A stretch of 64,000 bases of DNA from Escherichia coli (lineage in GTDB: Bacteria > Pseudomonadota > Gammaproteobacteria > Enterobacterales > Enterobacteriaceae). A program made the position numbers and the translations under genes. Shown one piece after another: positions 50,586-62,636 of this stretch. The stretch lies in the NCBI RefSeq assembly GCF_050920415.1, contig NZ_CP169309.1; one strand, 5' to 3'. The number at the start of each line of letters is the position of its first letter. Position 1 is the stretch's first letter. A model generated the notes under the pieces. It did no database searches. It worked only from the letters and a program-made list of their open reading frames with translations, and had not been told where the DNA came from.

Positions 50586-51211
50586 AATTCATCCTGATTA
50601 TACGCACTGTCATGGTGCAACTGCTTCAAATTAAAACTCTGGTCTGACTTCAAATAATTATCATATTATTTATTTGCGTAACGGGATATCAGAAAAAGAT
50701 ATTTAGCCCATTAATTTATTAGGATGTTTACATCGGATTTGTGATTAAGCGTGTTATTATTTATTAGCGAAACGTTTCTCTCTTGATTTTTTTGCGCATT
50801 CATCAATTTTTCTTATTTTAAATTTACAATACCTTTGGCGATTGACTTCTCTTTGGGGTGATTGATAGCCGTTAACTGACTGTTTTATGAGAAAAAGTGA
50901 TATAACTTTTTATTCATTGCATAGCAGAAAATGTGATATTGCACGCACTATGTAATAACTTCTCCCATTGGCCTGGAACAACTGAACTTATTGAACTATG
51001 TTAGAAAATACGTCAGTTTAAGTATCTGCCTGAACTGGCAAGGTTAAGCACAATGATATATCGGCGCGTATTCCGTTGCATAAGTGTGCAAAAAAAGTGG
51101 AAGACGTATCGAGATTTGTGCGTCTGATCGAGACATGTTTAAAAATGGCTTGCCATAATTAACGTTGTATGTGATAACAGATTTCGGGTTAAACGAGGTA
51201 CAGTTCTGTTT

Positions 51212-51355
51212 ATGTGTGGCATTTTCAGTAAAGAAGTCCTGAGTAAACACGTTGACGTTGAATACCGCTTCTCTGCCGAGCCTTATATTGGTGCCTCATG
51301 CAGTAATGTGTCAGTTTTATCTATGTTATGCCTGCGGGCGAAGAAAACAATCTAA
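51212..51355 (+). CDS. yobF: Small protein YobF (co-transcribed with cspC)
   Basis: Translation [47 protein letters not shown] (47 aa), directly upstream of cspC. Confidence 0.75.
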
Positions 51356-51367
51356 GGAATTTTTCAA

Positions 51368-51577
51368 ATGGCAAAGATTAAAGGTCAGGTTAAGTGGTTC
51401 AACGAGTCTAAAGGTTTTGGCTTCATTACTCCGGCTGATGGCAGCAAAGACGTGTTCGTACACTTCTCCGCTATCCAGGGTAATGGCTTCAAAACTCTGG
51501 CTGAAGGTCAGAACGTTGAGTTCGAAATTCAGGACGGCCAGAAAGGTCCGGCAGCTGTTAACGTAACAGCTATCTGA
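51368..51577 (+). CDS. cspC: Cold-shock-domain protein CspC
   Basis: 69 aa with RNP motifs KGFGFI and VFVHF. Confidence 0.95.
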
Positions 51578-51623
51578 TCGAATCCACTGATCTGAAGTGT
51601 GAATACGCTTCAATCTCGCTATA

Positions 51624-51649
51624 AAGCCTCGTCGAATGCGAGGCTTTTT
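51624..51649 (+). terminator. Rho-independent terminator after cspC
   Basis: Hairpin aagcctcg-tcgaatg-cgaggctt followed by TTTT. Confidence 0.65.
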
Positions 51650-51742
51650 ACTTTGCTTTATCTTCGCTCCTGGCATTCGGATATTTGCCCGCCGCGTGAT
51701 TCGCGTTACACTTGCGGCCTTTAGTATCCTGCCGGAGTTGTC

Positions 51743-52552
51743 ATGTCGTTTTCCTGTCCACTTTGCCATCAGCCTCTTTCGCGTGAAAAAAACAGCTATA
51801 TCTGTCCCCAGCGACATCAGTTTGATATGGCGAAAGAAGGGTATGTCAATCTGCTGCCCGTTCAGCATAAACGGTCTCGTGATCCGGGCGACAGCGCGGA
51901 AATGATGCAAGCACGACGCGCATTCTTAGATGCCGGACATTATCAGCCGCTGCGTGATGCAATTGTTGCCCAACTGCGGGAACAGCTTGATGAAACGGCC
52001 ACGGCGGTGCTGGATATCGGCTGTGGTGAAGGGTATTACACACACGCATTTGCCGATGCGTTGCCCGAAATCACCACGTTTGGTCTGGATGTCTCGAAGG
52101 TGGCGATCAAAGCTGCGGCAAAACGCTATCCGCAGGTCACTTTTTGTGTCGCTTCCAGTCACCGTTTGCCGTTTGCCGATGCCAGCATGAACGCCATTAT
52201 TCGCATCTATGCGCCGTGTAAAGCAGAAGAATTAGCGCGCGTAGTGAAGCCCGGCGGTTGGATCATTACAGCTACGCCGGGACCGCGACATTTGATGGAG
52301 CTGAAGGGGCTGATTTACAATGAAGTACATCTTCATGCACCTCATGCAGAACAGCTGGAAGGTTTTACATTACAGCAGAGTGATGAATTGTGTTATCTGA
52401 TGCGTCTTCGCGGTGATGAGGCCGTCGCGTTATTGCAGATGACGCCGTTTGCCTGGCGTGCGAAGCCAGAAGTCTGGCAAACGCTGGCAGCAAAAGAAGT
52501 GTTTGACTGCCAGACGGACTTTAATATTCACCTCTGGCAGCGCTCTTATTAA
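51743..52552 (+). CDS. rlmA: 23S rRNA m1G745 methyltransferase RlmA
   Basis: 269 aa with N-terminal Cys4 zinc ribbon and SAM motif LDIGCGEG. Confidence 0.93.
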   Translation: MSFSCPLCHQPLSREKNSYICPQRHQFDMAKEGYVNLLPVQHKRSRDPGDSAEMMQARRAFLDAGHYQPLRDAIVAQLREQLDETATAVLDIGCGEGYYTHAFADALPEITTFGLDVSKVAIKAAAKRYPQVTFCVASSHRLPFADASMNAIIRIYAPCKAEELARVVKPGGWIITATPGPRHLMELKGLIYNEVHLHAPHAEQLEGFTLQQSDELCYLMRLRGDEAVALLQMTPFAWRAKPEVWQTLAAKEVFDCQTDFNIHLWQRSY

Positions 52553-53115
52553 CCGTGGTAGTGCGTCCAGAGGATCTGGACGCCGATGCCGATCAGCACC
52601 AACCCGCCGAGAATTTCTGCTTTTTTCCCAATAATTGAGCCGATAAAGCGGCCAACCATCATCCCTAATGTCGACATAATCAAGGTTGCACAACCAATGG
52701 CCAATGCGGTCGCGATAATGTTGACCTGCAGGAAGGCCAGACCAACCCCCACAGCCATCGCATCCAGGCTGGTGGCAATCGCGGTGGTTACCAGTAGCCA
52801 GAAACCGTGTCGACGGCGCGGTTCTTCATCTTCATCATCTGCGCCACGAAAACCCTCAATAATCATTCGCCCGCCGAGGAATATCAGCAGCACAAACGCA
52901 ATCCAGTGGTTCCATTCAAGGACAAACCGGCTGGCTAACATGCCCATTCCCCAGCCGATCAGCGGTGTCAGGGTTTCGACGGCACCAAAAATAAGGCCGG
53001 TTCGCAACGCTTCAGAAAATTTCGGTTTATGGAGGGTGGCACCTTTACCGATTGATGCAGCAAATGCATCCATCGACATACCAAACGCAAGAAGAACAGT
53101 AGCAGTGATATTCAT
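52549..53115 (-). CDS. mntP: Manganese efflux pump MntP (YebN)
   Basis: 188 aa from [25 protein letters not shown]. Confidence 0.9.
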   Translation of the reverse strand: MNITATVLLAFGMSMDAFAASIGKGATLHKPKFSEALRTGLIFGAVETLTPLIGWGMGMLASRFVLEWNHWIAFVLLIFLGGRMIIEGFRGADDEDEEPRRRHGFWLLVTTAIATSLDAMAVGVGLAFLQVNIIATALAIGCATLIMSTLGMMVGRFIGSIIGKKAEILGGLVLIGIGVQILWTHYHG

Positions 53116-53119
53116 GACA

Positions 53120-53330
53120 ACGTCCTGACCGGGGTATCCATAAAACACACCATCGCCCCCAGCAAACATGCATACATGAACAACAAACCGCGATGATTTT
53201 CGCGTTCATGCAGGCATAGCGATTGATGTGCATATGGTCTCGCCTGACTGAAAGTGTTCAGTCCGTACGTGCCACGTTTTGCAACGAGTATGTTGACACG
53301 TACATTTCCGGAATCTGGAAATCGGCTACT
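53120..53330 (-). promoter_or_regulatory. mntP 5' leader, expected to contain the yybP-ykoY Mn2+ riboswitch
   Basis: Long GC-structured untranslated leader between mntP and yobD; the riboswitch assignment is from prior knowledge of mntP regulation, and its boundaries were not verified. Confidence 0.4.
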
Positions 53331-53543
53331 CCCCAAATGAGGGCGCAACATTAACATATTTTTAGAATATAAAACAACTGTTGGGATATATTATTTCAGC
53401 AGTTAATTGATAACGATTTTCATTTAGATTTATATATCAATGAAACGTTAAAATAAATAACAAATAAGGGATGGGATAATATAGCCTAAGCTATGTCTGA
53501 TTATTTAAAATACAGCAAACATAGCTTTGGCTAAATTCATAAC

Positions 53544-54002
53544 TTATTGAGTGGAAACAAGAAGTTTATAAATTTTCTCCAGGTCGTCGATATTTCGAAC
53601 GCGGATTAACAGCCGGCGCTGTTCTAATTGCATCACCAACACGCCATCTTCAGACAAGTTCATCGCTTTAATTCGACTATATTCAATCCAGACATTGGCG
53701 AAGAAAAAACCTTTTTGTTTAAAGATGATCTTCGGAACGCGGATCCAGAATATATAAAAACCCATCAGAGCCAGTGCACTTAATAACCATGTCGTTATTT
53801 GCGCGCCATGATTCGTGACGTTGTTATAGATAAGAATGACAATCAATCCGACGAAGATAACGCTATCGATGCGACCACGCCGGAGCAAAGGAATTGCCAG
53901 CAGAGTGGGGCCGTTGCGGCGGGGCATGATGAACTGATCGTAGATCGCGAAGGTCAGGAGTGCGGCGATAAAAAGAATCAGTACCAGGTCCGTGATTGTC
54001 AT
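53544..54002 (-). CDS. yobD: Inner membrane protein YobD (DUF986)
   Basis: 152 aa ORF recognised as YobD. Confidence 0.85.
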   Translation of the reverse strand: MTITDLVLILFIAALLTFAIYDQFIMPRRNGPTLLAIPLLRRGRIDSVIFVGLIVILIYNNVTNHGAQITTWLLSALALMGFYIFWIRVPKIIFKQKGFFFANVWIEYSRIKAMNLSEDGVLVMQLEQRRLLIRVRNIDDLEKIYKLLVSTQ

Positions 54003-54056
54003 TAATCCTCCAGATAAAAAAACGGGGCCAAAAGGCCCCGGTAGTGTACAACAGTC

Positions 54057-54917
54057 TTACAGTCCCAGTAGGCCGCAAGCATAACCCGCGATACCGATGA
54101 CGAAGAAGCCAACGATGATCCACAGCGGATTAACTTTTTTGCGCAGCAGCCACATACAAGCAAAGGTCAGCAGTAGCGGTACCAGGCCCGGCATTAACTG
54201 GTCAAGAATAGTCTGGACAGTGGTAACGTGTTCTTTGCCCGTCTGGTCAGTAATGCGAGAGACAACCAGCGGGATGTTGACATGTGTCCACTTGTTAACC
54301 AATGCCCCCATGACAAACAGGCCGAGAATAGACGCCCCTTCCGTCAGTTTTTGCAGGAAGCCGCCACCCATATCTTTAACGATATCGATACCTTTGGAGT
54401 AACCATACGCTACGCCGTAATAACGGGTTGCCAGACGCACCAGGTTAAACAGGATGAAGAACAGAAGCGGACCTAACAGGCTGCCGCTCATCGCGATACC
54501 GGCACCCAGCGCTGCAAATACCGGACGTACCGTTCCCCAGAAGATCGGGTCGCCCACACCAGCCAGCGGGCCCATCAAACCAACTTTGATACCGTTGATA
54601 GCACCGTCGTCGATCTCTGCGCCATTAGCACGCTGTTCTTCCAGCGCCAGGGTTACGCCGAGAATCGGCGCAGCCACGAACGGCTGGGTGTTAAAGAACT
54701 CCAGGTGACGGCGAATAGCTTGTTTACGAGCTTCGTTGTTCTCAGGGTAGAGGCGACGAATTGCCGGTACCATAGAGAAGCAGAAACCCAGTGCCTGCAT
54801 ACGTTCGAAGTTCCATGAACCCTGGAAGAGGTTAGAACGCAGGAAGACGCCACGAATATCACTTTGAGTGAGTTTTTTCTCGGTGGTAGTTTGAGTTGTA
54901 TCAACCATTTCGCTCAC
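54057..54917 (-). CDS. manZ: Mannose PTS EIID component
   Basis: Recognised as ManZ; start is either the ATG at 54917 or the one at 54908. Confidence 0.93.
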   Translation of the reverse strand: MSEMVDTTQTTTEKKLTQSDIRGVFLRSNLFQGSWNFERMQALGFCFSMVPAIRRLYPENNEARKQAIRRHLEFFNTQPFVAAPILGVTLALEEQRANGAEIDDGAINGIKVGLMGPLAGVGDPIFWGTVRPVFAALGAGIAMSGSLLGPLLFFILFNLVRLATRYYGVAYGYSKGIDIVKDMGGGFLQKLTEGASILGLFVMGALVNKWTHVNIPLVVSRITDQTGKEHVTTVQTILDQLMPGLVPLLLTFACMWLLRKKVNPLWIIVGFFVIGIAGYACGLLGL

Positions 54918-54920
54918 CTG

Positions 54921-55721
54921 TTAGTCCAGTTCGTTATCGAGATCGTTGTTACCAGCTGCCTGAGCAGGCGCACCGGCTACGCGGTTGTATTTCGGGCTAA
55001 GTTGGATGTAGAGCACTGCCATAACAGTACCAATCACACCCAGAGCAACCAGGTTAAAGTTGGTGAATGCTGCGGTTACGAAGCCGAGGTAGAAGAACGG
55101 CATCAGGTAGCCAGCACGCATCATGTTGATAACCATCGCATAACCAACCACCACGATCATGCCACCGGCGATATTCAGACCATTGGTTACCACTTCCGGA
55201 ATCGCATTCAGCATGTTCTGTACTTCGCTGGTACCAACAGACAGCGCAACGATGACGGCTGGAATAGCCACACGCATTGCTTGCAGGAACAGAGAAGAAA
55301 CGTGGATCCAGGAAATCGCTGTCAGGTTGCCGTTATCTGCAGCCTTATCCGCAGCGTGCTGGAAAGCAACGGTAATAGTACGAACGATGATGGTCAGTAC
55401 CTGGCCCGCAGCGGCCAGAGGGATTGCCAGTGCGATACCCGCACCAATGCTCTGATGACCTGCAATAACCAGAATGGTAGAAATGATAGAAGCCAGAGCG
55501 GCGTCAGGCGCAACGGCAGCACCGATGTTCATCCAGCCCAGCGCGATCATTTCCAGCGTACCACCGATAATAATACCGGTTTTCATATCCCCAAGAACGA
55601 TACCCACCAGGGTACACGCGATTAGCGGACGGTGAAACTGAAATTCATCGAGGATTGATCCCATACCTGCGATACAGGCTACGATAAATACCAGCACAAT
55701 TTGAAGAGTGGTAATCTCCAT
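54921..55721 (-). CDS. manY: Mannose PTS EIIC component
   Basis: 266 aa ORF recognised as ManY. Confidence 0.95.
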   Translation of the reverse strand: MEITTLQIVLVFIVACIAGMGSILDEFQFHRPLIACTLVGIVLGDMKTGIIIGGTLEMIALGWMNIGAAVAPDAALASIISTILVIAGHQSIGAGIALAIPLAAAGQVLTIIVRTITVAFQHAADKAADNGNLTAISWIHVSSLFLQAMRVAIPAVIVALSVGTSEVQNMLNAIPEVVTNGLNIAGGMIVVVGYAMVINMMRAGYLMPFFYLGFVTAAFTNFNLVALGVIGTVMAVLYIQLSPKYNRVAGAPAQAAGNNDLDNELD

Positions 55722-55783
55722 TGTACTTCTCCTGTTTACGTAAGACTTAAGTGTGAAAACTGAGTGATAATCAACACAATACG

Positions 55784-56755
55784 TTACTTATCGATTTTGC
55801 TGATCAGATCCATCATTTTCAGTTTCGGATCGGTGGAAACCTTACGGACTTCCAGCTCAATACCGCGCGCATTCAGTTTCTTGAACGCCTCGATATCTTT
55901 TTCATCAACCGAAACCGCGTTATTCACCTGGGTTTTACCCTGACGGAATGCCATACCACCGACGTTAACAGAGGTGATTTTCACGCCGCCTTCAACGAGA
56001 CGCTCAACATCTGTAGGGTTGGTAAATAACAGCATTACGCGTTCGCCAGCATATTTCGGGTTGTTGTAGACGCGAATCATTTTGGCGACATCAACCACGT
56101 GCGCTGTTACGCCCGGAGGTGCAACCTGGGTGAGCAGTGTCTTACGAACGGTATCCGCAGCCACTTCATCACTAACAACAATAATACGGGAGACATTGGT
56201 TTCTTTAGTCCAGCGGGTAGCGACTTGACCGTGAATCAGACGGTCGTCGATACGCGCAAGACCGATGACCATGTAGTCGTTTGGTCCCATTGGTTTTGCC
56301 GGAGTTGGAGCCGTTTTTGGGGCAGCGGCAGCGGGGGCTGGCGCGGCTTTTTCAACCGGTTTGGCTTTCAGTGCTTTCACGCCTTCACGGCCTGTTTCTA
56401 CTGCCAGTGCCACCAGTTCATCAAAGCTTGGGTCATCATCACGGGCCATTAACGTTTCCACGAGCATTGGAATGTTAACGCCTGCAATGACTTCATAATG
56501 CTCTTTGTCGACGACAATGCGGCTGGCAGCATTGAACGGGCTGCCTCCCCATGTATCAACGAGAAACAGCACGCCTTTAGTGGTGTCGAGTTTTGCCAAC
56601 TGAGCGTTATACTTTTCAATCAGCGTTTCGGCATTTTCACCTGGAACGAAATCGATCCAGCCGACGTTTTCCTGCTCGCCTAACAGCATTTCTGCCGTTT
56701 TAAGCAACTGCTCTGCAGCCCAACCATGTGTGCCTATAACAATAGCAATGGTCAC
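55784..56755 (-). CDS. manX: Mannose PTS EIIAB component
   Basis: 323 aa with an Ala/Pro-rich linker between the IIA and IIB domains. Confidence 0.95.
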   Translation of the reverse strand: MTIAIVIGTHGWAAEQLLKTAEMLLGEQENVGWIDFVPGENAETLIEKYNAQLAKLDTTKGVLFLVDTWGGSPFNAASRIVVDKEHYEVIAGVNIPMLVETLMARDDDPSFDELVALAVETGREGVKALKAKPVEKAAPAPAAAAPKTAPTPAKPMGPNDYMVIGLARIDDRLIHGQVATRWTKETNVSRIIVVSDEVAADTVRKTLLTQVAPPGVTAHVVDVAKMIRVYNNPKYAGERVMLLFTNPTDVERLVEGGVKITSVNVGGMAFRQGKTQVNNAVSVDEKDIEAFKKLNARGIELEVRKVSTDPKLKMMDLISKIDK

Positions 56756-57217
56756 TTGCTACCTCCTTTATTATCGTTAACACCTCAACGTGCCAGATGT
56801 ATTTTTGAATCGTCGTCCACAATCGAATCGATTCAGATAAGGGCTACAACCAAAAACCCCTGCGTTTCGCGATTTATTTTAGATATCGAAAAAATTATTT
56901 TATGTGATGAAGATCCGTAATTTAACTTTCGATTAGCAGAAATTTCGAAAGGTAAAATATCCTTGTCACATTCGTTTGCAAAGGAAGGTAAATCTTTGCC
57001 AAATCAGATGTGTCTCTGATATGTTTAACTCCCGTTTAACAACCATGGAGTATAGGGCAGTAGCCCGCAGTATGGATCGTCACCGACGTCATTTCAGCAT
57101 CAGGCCTTTTAACGCCTGCTTTTCTGGCACTTTATGCCGCACCTTTCGTTTGCCTTTTGTCGTTACGCCTGCATTATTTCTGGCGCCGAATAGCTATTCC
57201 TTAAGCAGGAGCTTGTC

Positions 57218-58774
57218 ATGGAATTCTTAATGGACCCCTCAATTTGGGCGGGGCTACTCACGCTTGTTGTTCTCGAAATTGTGCTGGGTATCGATAACCT
57301 GGTCTTCATCGCCATTCTTGCTGACAAACTGCCGCCAAAACAACGCGATAAAGCGCGTTTGCTGGGATTATCACTGGCGCTGATTATGCGTCTGGGGCTG
57401 CTGTCGCTGATTTCATGGATGGTCACGCTGACCAAACCGCTCTTTACCGTCATGGATTTCTCCTTCTCCGGACGCGACCTGATTATGTTGTTCGGGGGGA
57501 TATTCTTGCTGTTCAAAGCAACAACCGAACTGCATGAACGGCTGGAAAACCGCGATCATGATTCCGGCCACGGTAAAGGCTACGCCAGTTTCTGGGTGGT
57601 CGTCACACAGATCGTCATCCTTGACGCCGTCTTCTCGTTGGATGCGGTAATTACGGCAGTAGGGATGGTTAACCATCTACCGGTGATGATGGCGGCGGTG
57701 GTGATTGCGATGGCGGTCATGTTGCTGGCATCGAAACCGCTGACGCGATTTGTTAATCAGCATCCAACGGTGGTGGTGCTCTGTCTGAGCTTCCTGTTAA
57801 TGATTGGTCTGAGTCTGGTGGCAGAAGGTTTCGGTTTCCACATTCCGAAAGGTTACCTGTATGCCGCGATTGGCTTCTCGATCATCATCGAAGTGTTTAA
57901 CCAGATTGCGCGTCGCAACTTTATTCGTCACCAGTCGACTTTGCCGCTGCGTGCGCGTACTGCCGATGCCATCCTGCGTTTGATGGGGGGGAAACGTCAG
58001 GCCAATGTTCAGCACGATGCCGATAACCCGATGCCTATCCCGGTACCGGAAGGTGCGTTTGCCGAAGAAGAACGTTACATGATTAACGGCGTACTGACGC
58101 TGGCGTCGCGTTCTCTGCGCGGGATCATGACGCCGCGCGGTGAAATAAGTTGGGTTGACGCTAATCTCGGGGTGGATGAAATCCGTGAGCAGCTGCTCTC
58201 CTCACCGCACAGTCTGTTCCCGGTATGTCGCGGTGAACTGGATGAAATCATCGGTATCGTACGTGCTAAAGAACTGCTGGTGGCGCTCGAAGAAGGTGTT
58301 GATGTGGCGGCGATTGCTTCGGCGTCTCCGGCGATTATCGTCCCTGAAACCCTTGACCCGATCAACCTACTGGGCGTGCTGCGTCGTGCTCGCGGGAGCT
58401 TCGTTATCGTGACCAACGAGTTTGGTGTGGTACAAGGCCTGGTCACGCCGCTGGATGTGCTGGAAGCCATTGCGGGTGAATTCCCGGACGCTGACGAAAC
58501 GCCGGAAATCATTACCGATGGTGACGGCTGGCTGGTAAAAGGCGGTACAGATTTGCATGCCTTGCAGCAGGCGCTTGATGTTGAGCACCTTGCCGATGAC
58601 GATGATATCGCGACGGTCGCGGGCCTCGTGATCTCGGCAAATGGTCACATTCCCCGTGTGGGCGATGTGATTGATGTAGGGCCACTGCATATCACCATCA
58701 TTGAAGCCAATGATTATCGTGTTGATCTGGTTCGCATTGTTAAAGAGCAACCGGCGCACGATGAAGATGAGTAA
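57218..58774 (+). CDS. yoaE: Membrane protein YoaE (TerC-family + CBS/CorC domains)
   Basis: 518 aa ORF recognised as YoaE. Confidence 0.9.
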   Translation: MEFLMDPSIWAGLLTLVVLEIVLGIDNLVFIAILADKLPPKQRDKARLLGLSLALIMRLGLLSLISWMVTLTKPLFTVMDFSFSGRDLIMLFGGIFLLFKATTELHERLENRDHDSGHGKGYASFWVVVTQIVILDAVFSLDAVITAVGMVNHLPVMMAAVVIAMAVMLLASKPLTRFVNQHPTVVVLCLSFLLMIGLSLVAEGFGFHIPKGYLYAAIGFSIIIEVFNQIARRNFIRHQSTLPLRARTADAILRLMGGKRQANVQHDADNPMPIPVPEGAFAEEERYMINGVLTLASRSLRGIMTPRGEISWVDANLGVDEIREQLLSSPHSLFPVCRGELDEIIGIVRAKELLVALEEGVDVAAIASASPAIIVPETLDPINLLGVLRRARGSFVIVTNEFGVVQGLVTPLDVLEAIAGEFPDADETPEIITDGDGWLVKGGTDLHALQQALDVEHLADDDDIATVAGLVISANGHIPRVGDVIDVGPLHITIIEANDYRVDLVRIVKEQPAHDEDE

Positions 58775-58777
58775 GCG

Positions 58778-60376
58778 TTAACGTAACGGCATAACGGGCG
58801 TGATATGTCCATTATGCCGGGCGGGCGGCGGTTGGCTGCCCGCCAGCCATTTGGGAAAATCACGTAGCGGCATCGGCTGTGCGTACAAATACCCTTGCAA
58901 AATATGCACGCCATGACGGCGCAAATACTTCGCCTGTTCTTGTGTTTCCACACCCTCCGCCACCAGTTCAATATTCAGTCTTTGCCCCAGTGCGATGATG
59001 ATATCGGTCACCGTCGAGTTAACCGCGTCAGAACCTATAGCTGCGGTAAATGACTTATCAATTTTCAGCACGTCAGGACGTAATGTTTCAAGCCAGGAAA
59101 ATGAACTGTTGCCGGTGCCGAAGTCATCAATCGCCAGTTTGACGTTTTTACGATGCAGCTCGCGGGCAATCCGATAATCAACATCCAGTAAGGCATCGCG
59201 TTCGGTGATTTCGAGGATTAGTTGCTGAATCGGGTGAGCGCTAAACCAGTACTGATTGAGATCTTTTATCAGCACACCACGGCGAAAATGGCTGGGTGCG
59301 ACGTTAATGCCAATATGAAACTGACTACTCATTGGGAAAACATGCCGCTGACGGATGGTTTCTGCCATCACATAGCGGGTCAGTGGCACAATTAAATGAT
59401 GTTCTTCCGCGATAGGAATAAACACATCCGGTGAAATCCAGCCCTGACGTGGATTGTTCCAGCGCAGCAAAATCTCTACACCAATACATTGCTGGCTGCG
59501 CGCATTAAGCAAAGGCTGGCAGAACAATTCGAACTCATGTTGCGCCAGGCCCAGATTGATTTCACGGGAAAAACTCATCCGGTAAGCGGTCGCCAGCCAG
59601 GCGATATAGCTCACAAGTAAACTTAGCAGCACCGCCAGCGGTAATTGTGTTGGAAGATAGTGCCATGCCAGCGCCGTAGCCCCCGGACCATTAACGTTAA
59701 TGGTAAAAGGAAAGCGTTGCGAAGAAACATGATAGTTTTCATTGTCTTCAGGTTGCGGAAGGGAATCTACCAGCCCATTACCATAGAGCAAATGCCGATC
59801 GTCCACCGTCAGGCTGGCGCTACTGATTTGCGGCAGTTGTGGCTCAAGCAGCATTGCCGCCAGTAAGTCGATGTTGATCATCTCCATGACCCCAGCATTG
59901 CTGCTGCCCGCTGCAGGCGTCCATTGAATCAAAACCGGACTGCCTTTAATCAGGGCATGGTCGGTCGTCAGTCGTAAAAGTGGTTGCGGTGCAGGAAGTT
60001 CAGCCAGAATGTCCACGACGGGCACATTGCGATAACCAAAAATGCTGGAGCAATAAAGTGTGCCGTCTTGCACCAGGCCAATGGATCGCACAGTTTGGAG
60101 TTTTGCCGCCTGTTTACGTAATGGCAAATGGGCGACAGAGCAGGGCAGACCAATTAGCGGAAGTAAGACTTCGCTACCTGCCTGTAGGGGAAGCAGTACT
60201 TTATCTAATTCCTCTACAGCGTGATTGGCGAATTGTACTACCCGTTGTTGATTTAAGTTACGCTGTGAAATAAATCGCACGCTCAGGGTCGAAGCGAGCG
60301 TAACGAGTGCGCAAATCGTACAAACAATCATTCGATTACGGCGATAGGTTTTAATGATCCGTTGTGCTTTTTGCAT
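58778..60376 (-). CDS. pdeD: c-di-GMP phosphodiesterase PdeD (YoaD), EAL domain
   Basis: About 532 aa; EAL-domain motifs EILLRW and DDFGTG. Confidence 0.9.
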   Translation of the reverse strand: MQKAQRIIKTYRRNRMIVCTICALVTLASTLSVRFISQRNLNQQRVVQFANHAVEELDKVLLPLQAGSEVLLPLIGLPCSVAHLPLRKQAAKLQTVRSIGLVQDGTLYCSSIFGYRNVPVVDILAELPAPQPLLRLTTDHALIKGSPVLIQWTPAAGSSNAGVMEMINIDLLAAMLLEPQLPQISSASLTVDDRHLLYGNGLVDSLPQPEDNENYHVSSQRFPFTINVNGPGATALAWHYLPTQLPLAVLLSLLVSYIAWLATAYRMSFSREINLGLAQHEFELFCQPLLNARSQQCIGVEILLRWNNPRQGWISPDVFIPIAEEHHLIVPLTRYVMAETIRQRHVFPMSSQFHIGINVAPSHFRRGVLIKDLNQYWFSAHPIQQLILEITERDALLDVDYRIARELHRKNVKLAIDDFGTGNSSFSWLETLRPDVLKIDKSFTAAIGSDAVNSTVTDIIIALGQRLNIELVAEGVETQEQAKYLRRHGVHILQGYLYAQPMPLRDFPKWLAGSQPPPARHNGHITPVMPLR

Positions 60377-60506
60377 GCGGGCCACCCTGTAAGCGTATGG
60401 CGACAAACGCCTGAAGCAACAGTGGAAGTGTAGTGGGGAAAATTACAGCAGACGAGAAAGCAGGGATAAATTCGCCCATCCGTTGCAGATGGGCGAGGAT
60501 AAAGTA

Positions 60507-61871
60507 TTAGTCACACTGGACTTTAATTGCCAGACCACCACGAGACGTTTCGCGGTACTTGGCGTTCATGTCTTTACCGGTTTCGTACATCGTTTCGATG
60601 ACTTTATCCAGCGAGACGCGCGGCGCACTGGTGCGACGCAGGGCCATCCGCGCGGCGTTAATCGCCTTGACTGACGCAATGGCGTTACGTTCAATGCACG
60701 GCACCTGAACTTGCCCTGCAACAGGGTCACAGGTCAGACCGAGGTTGTGCTCCATGCCAATTTCCGCTGCCACACAAACCTGTTCCGGGCTACCGCCCAA
60801 CAGCTCGGCAAGGCCCGCAGCAGCCATTGAACAGGCAACACCCACTTCGCCCTGGCAACCGACTTCCGCACCGGAAATAGAGGCGTTCATTTTATACAGT
60901 GCACCAATCGCGCCCGCAGCCATAAAGTAACGGGTATAGATGTCCGGGCTAACCGATTCAATAAAGTGGTCATAATAAGCCAGCACTGCCGGAACAATGC
61001 CACAAGCACCGTTGGTTGGCGCAGTTACCACACGACCACCGGCGGCGTTTTCTTCGTTAACTGCCAGCGCAAACATGTTTACCCAGTCAATGACATTCAT
61101 CGGATCGTTAGACAGTTTATCGCTGGAAACCAGCATCCGGCGCAGGGCCGACGCACGACGCGGCACGCGCAGCGGGCCTGGCAGTACGCCTTCGGTGTTC
61201 ATCCCGCGATCGATACATGCCTGCATGGTTTGCCAGACATGCGCGAAATACTCGTCGATCTCTTTCTTGCTGTGCAGCGCCAGTTCGTTCTGCATAGCGA
61301 GACCAGACAGCGAATAGCCGGTTTCATTACAGTACGCGAGCAGTTCGGTGGCAGATTTGAACGGATACGGCACGCTCACTTCGTTGGCTGCATCCTGACC
61401 AAAGTGTTCTTCATCGACGATAAAACCGCCGCCGATGGAATAATAAGTTTTGCTGTAGACGACTTCATCGCCGTTATAGGCGTGGATTTGCATACCGTTT
61501 TCATGCAGCGGCAGGTTGCCGTTATGAAAACGCATCCCGTTGTCGCGCGGGAAATCCACTTCATGCCGTCCCTGTGCCAGCAGCAGACGTTCGCGCTCTT
61601 CTACGTCGCGAATAAAACCGGGAATACTGTCGATATCCACGGTGGCAGGTTCGTTACCTGCAAGACCCATAATAATGGCGATATCGGTGTGGTGGCCTTT
61701 ACCCGTCAGCGACAGTGAACCATAAACGTCCACGGCAACGCGAGTAACGCTATCCAGTAAGCCTTTTTCGACCAGATCATCGACGAACTGTTTACCCGCC
61801 TTCATAGGCCCTACGGTATGGGAAGATGAGGGACCAATCCCCACCTTAAACATGTCGAATAGACTAATCAC
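60507..61871 (-). CDS. sdaA: L-serine dehydratase 1
   Basis: 454 aa ORF recognised as SdaA. Confidence 0.95.
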   Translation of the reverse strand: MISLFDMFKVGIGPSSSHTVGPMKAGKQFVDDLVEKGLLDSVTRVAVDVYGSLSLTGKGHHTDIAIIMGLAGNEPATVDIDSIPGFIRDVEERERLLLAQGRHEVDFPRDNGMRFHNGNLPLHENGMQIHAYNGDEVVYSKTYYSIGGGFIVDEEHFGQDAANEVSVPYPFKSATELLAYCNETGYSLSGLAMQNELALHSKKEIDEYFAHVWQTMQACIDRGMNTEGVLPGPLRVPRRASALRRMLVSSDKLSNDPMNVIDWVNMFALAVNEENAAGGRVVTAPTNGACGIVPAVLAYYDHFIESVSPDIYTRYFMAAGAIGALYKMNASISGAEVGCQGEVGVACSMAAAGLAELLGGSPEQVCVAAEIGMEHNLGLTCDPVAGQVQVPCIERNAIASVKAINAARMALRRTSAPRVSLDKVIETMYETGKDMNAKYRETSRGGLAIKVQCD

Positions 61872-62054
61872 GATAATACTCCTGACAAGGTGACTGGACT
61901 TCCAGTAACGAACGAATAACAGCGCATAGTGTAAGAGGGAACGCGGCGACTGGCTTAACTATTCACATGAATTAAACTAATCAAAAACCGCGATTTAACT
62001 AATATTGCGATGATTGTCTCAAGTAGTGTTTTGTAGATGTAAAGATAAGTATAG

Positions 62055-62633
62055 TCAGGGTTTCACACCAATTTGCAGCGCCAGCTCACGAATTATGCCT
62101 GCGGTCATTCCCCATACAAAATACTGTTCATACCAGGACAGCCATACCCGATGTGAATCGCCACGGCGGTAGATATCTAAAGGGTGATAACGACCCAGAT
62201 GTAATGCCTGGGCGAGCGGCATTTCAAACACAGCGGAGACTTCATCTTCACTGGCGCGATACGGCAGATCGGGCGGGATAATGCCGACCACTGGCGTTAC
62301 CTGGTAGCCAGTGACGCTATCGACGGGCGGCAGCACGCCGATAACTTCGACGGCGGAAGGTGGTATAGCAACCTCTTCTTCAGCTTCGCGCAGCGCAGCG
62401 GCGATAACTGACGCGTCCGTATCATCCACTGCGCCGCCTGGAAACGCCACTTGTCCGGCGTGTTTACGCAGATGAATCGAACGCTGAGTCAGCAACAACC
62501 CCGGTTGCGGTCGACGGACGATGGGGATTAACACGGCAGCCTGACGATGATTTAGGGTTTCCCGGTTAATTTGCGGGCGCAAAAGTTGAAAACGCGATAA
62601 AAAATCATCAAGCGTCAGGCTACGGTATTCCAC
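62055..62633 (-). CDS. nudL: CoA pyrophosphatase NudL (Nudix)
   Basis: 192 aa with Nudix box [25 protein letters not shown]. Confidence 0.9.
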
Positions 62634-62636
62634 GTC

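Noticed and set aside
52586-53128. 180 aa plus-strand ORF antisense to mntP
   Set aside because: Shadow ORF within mntP and its leader; low-complexity Pro/Arg/Ser-rich translation.
54864-55625. 253 aa plus-strand ORF antisense to manY/manZ
   Set aside because: Shadow ORF across two well-supported PTS genes.
60966-61718. 250 aa plus-strand ORF antisense to sdaA
   Set aside because: Shadow ORF within sdaA; no ribosome-binding site or recognisable family.
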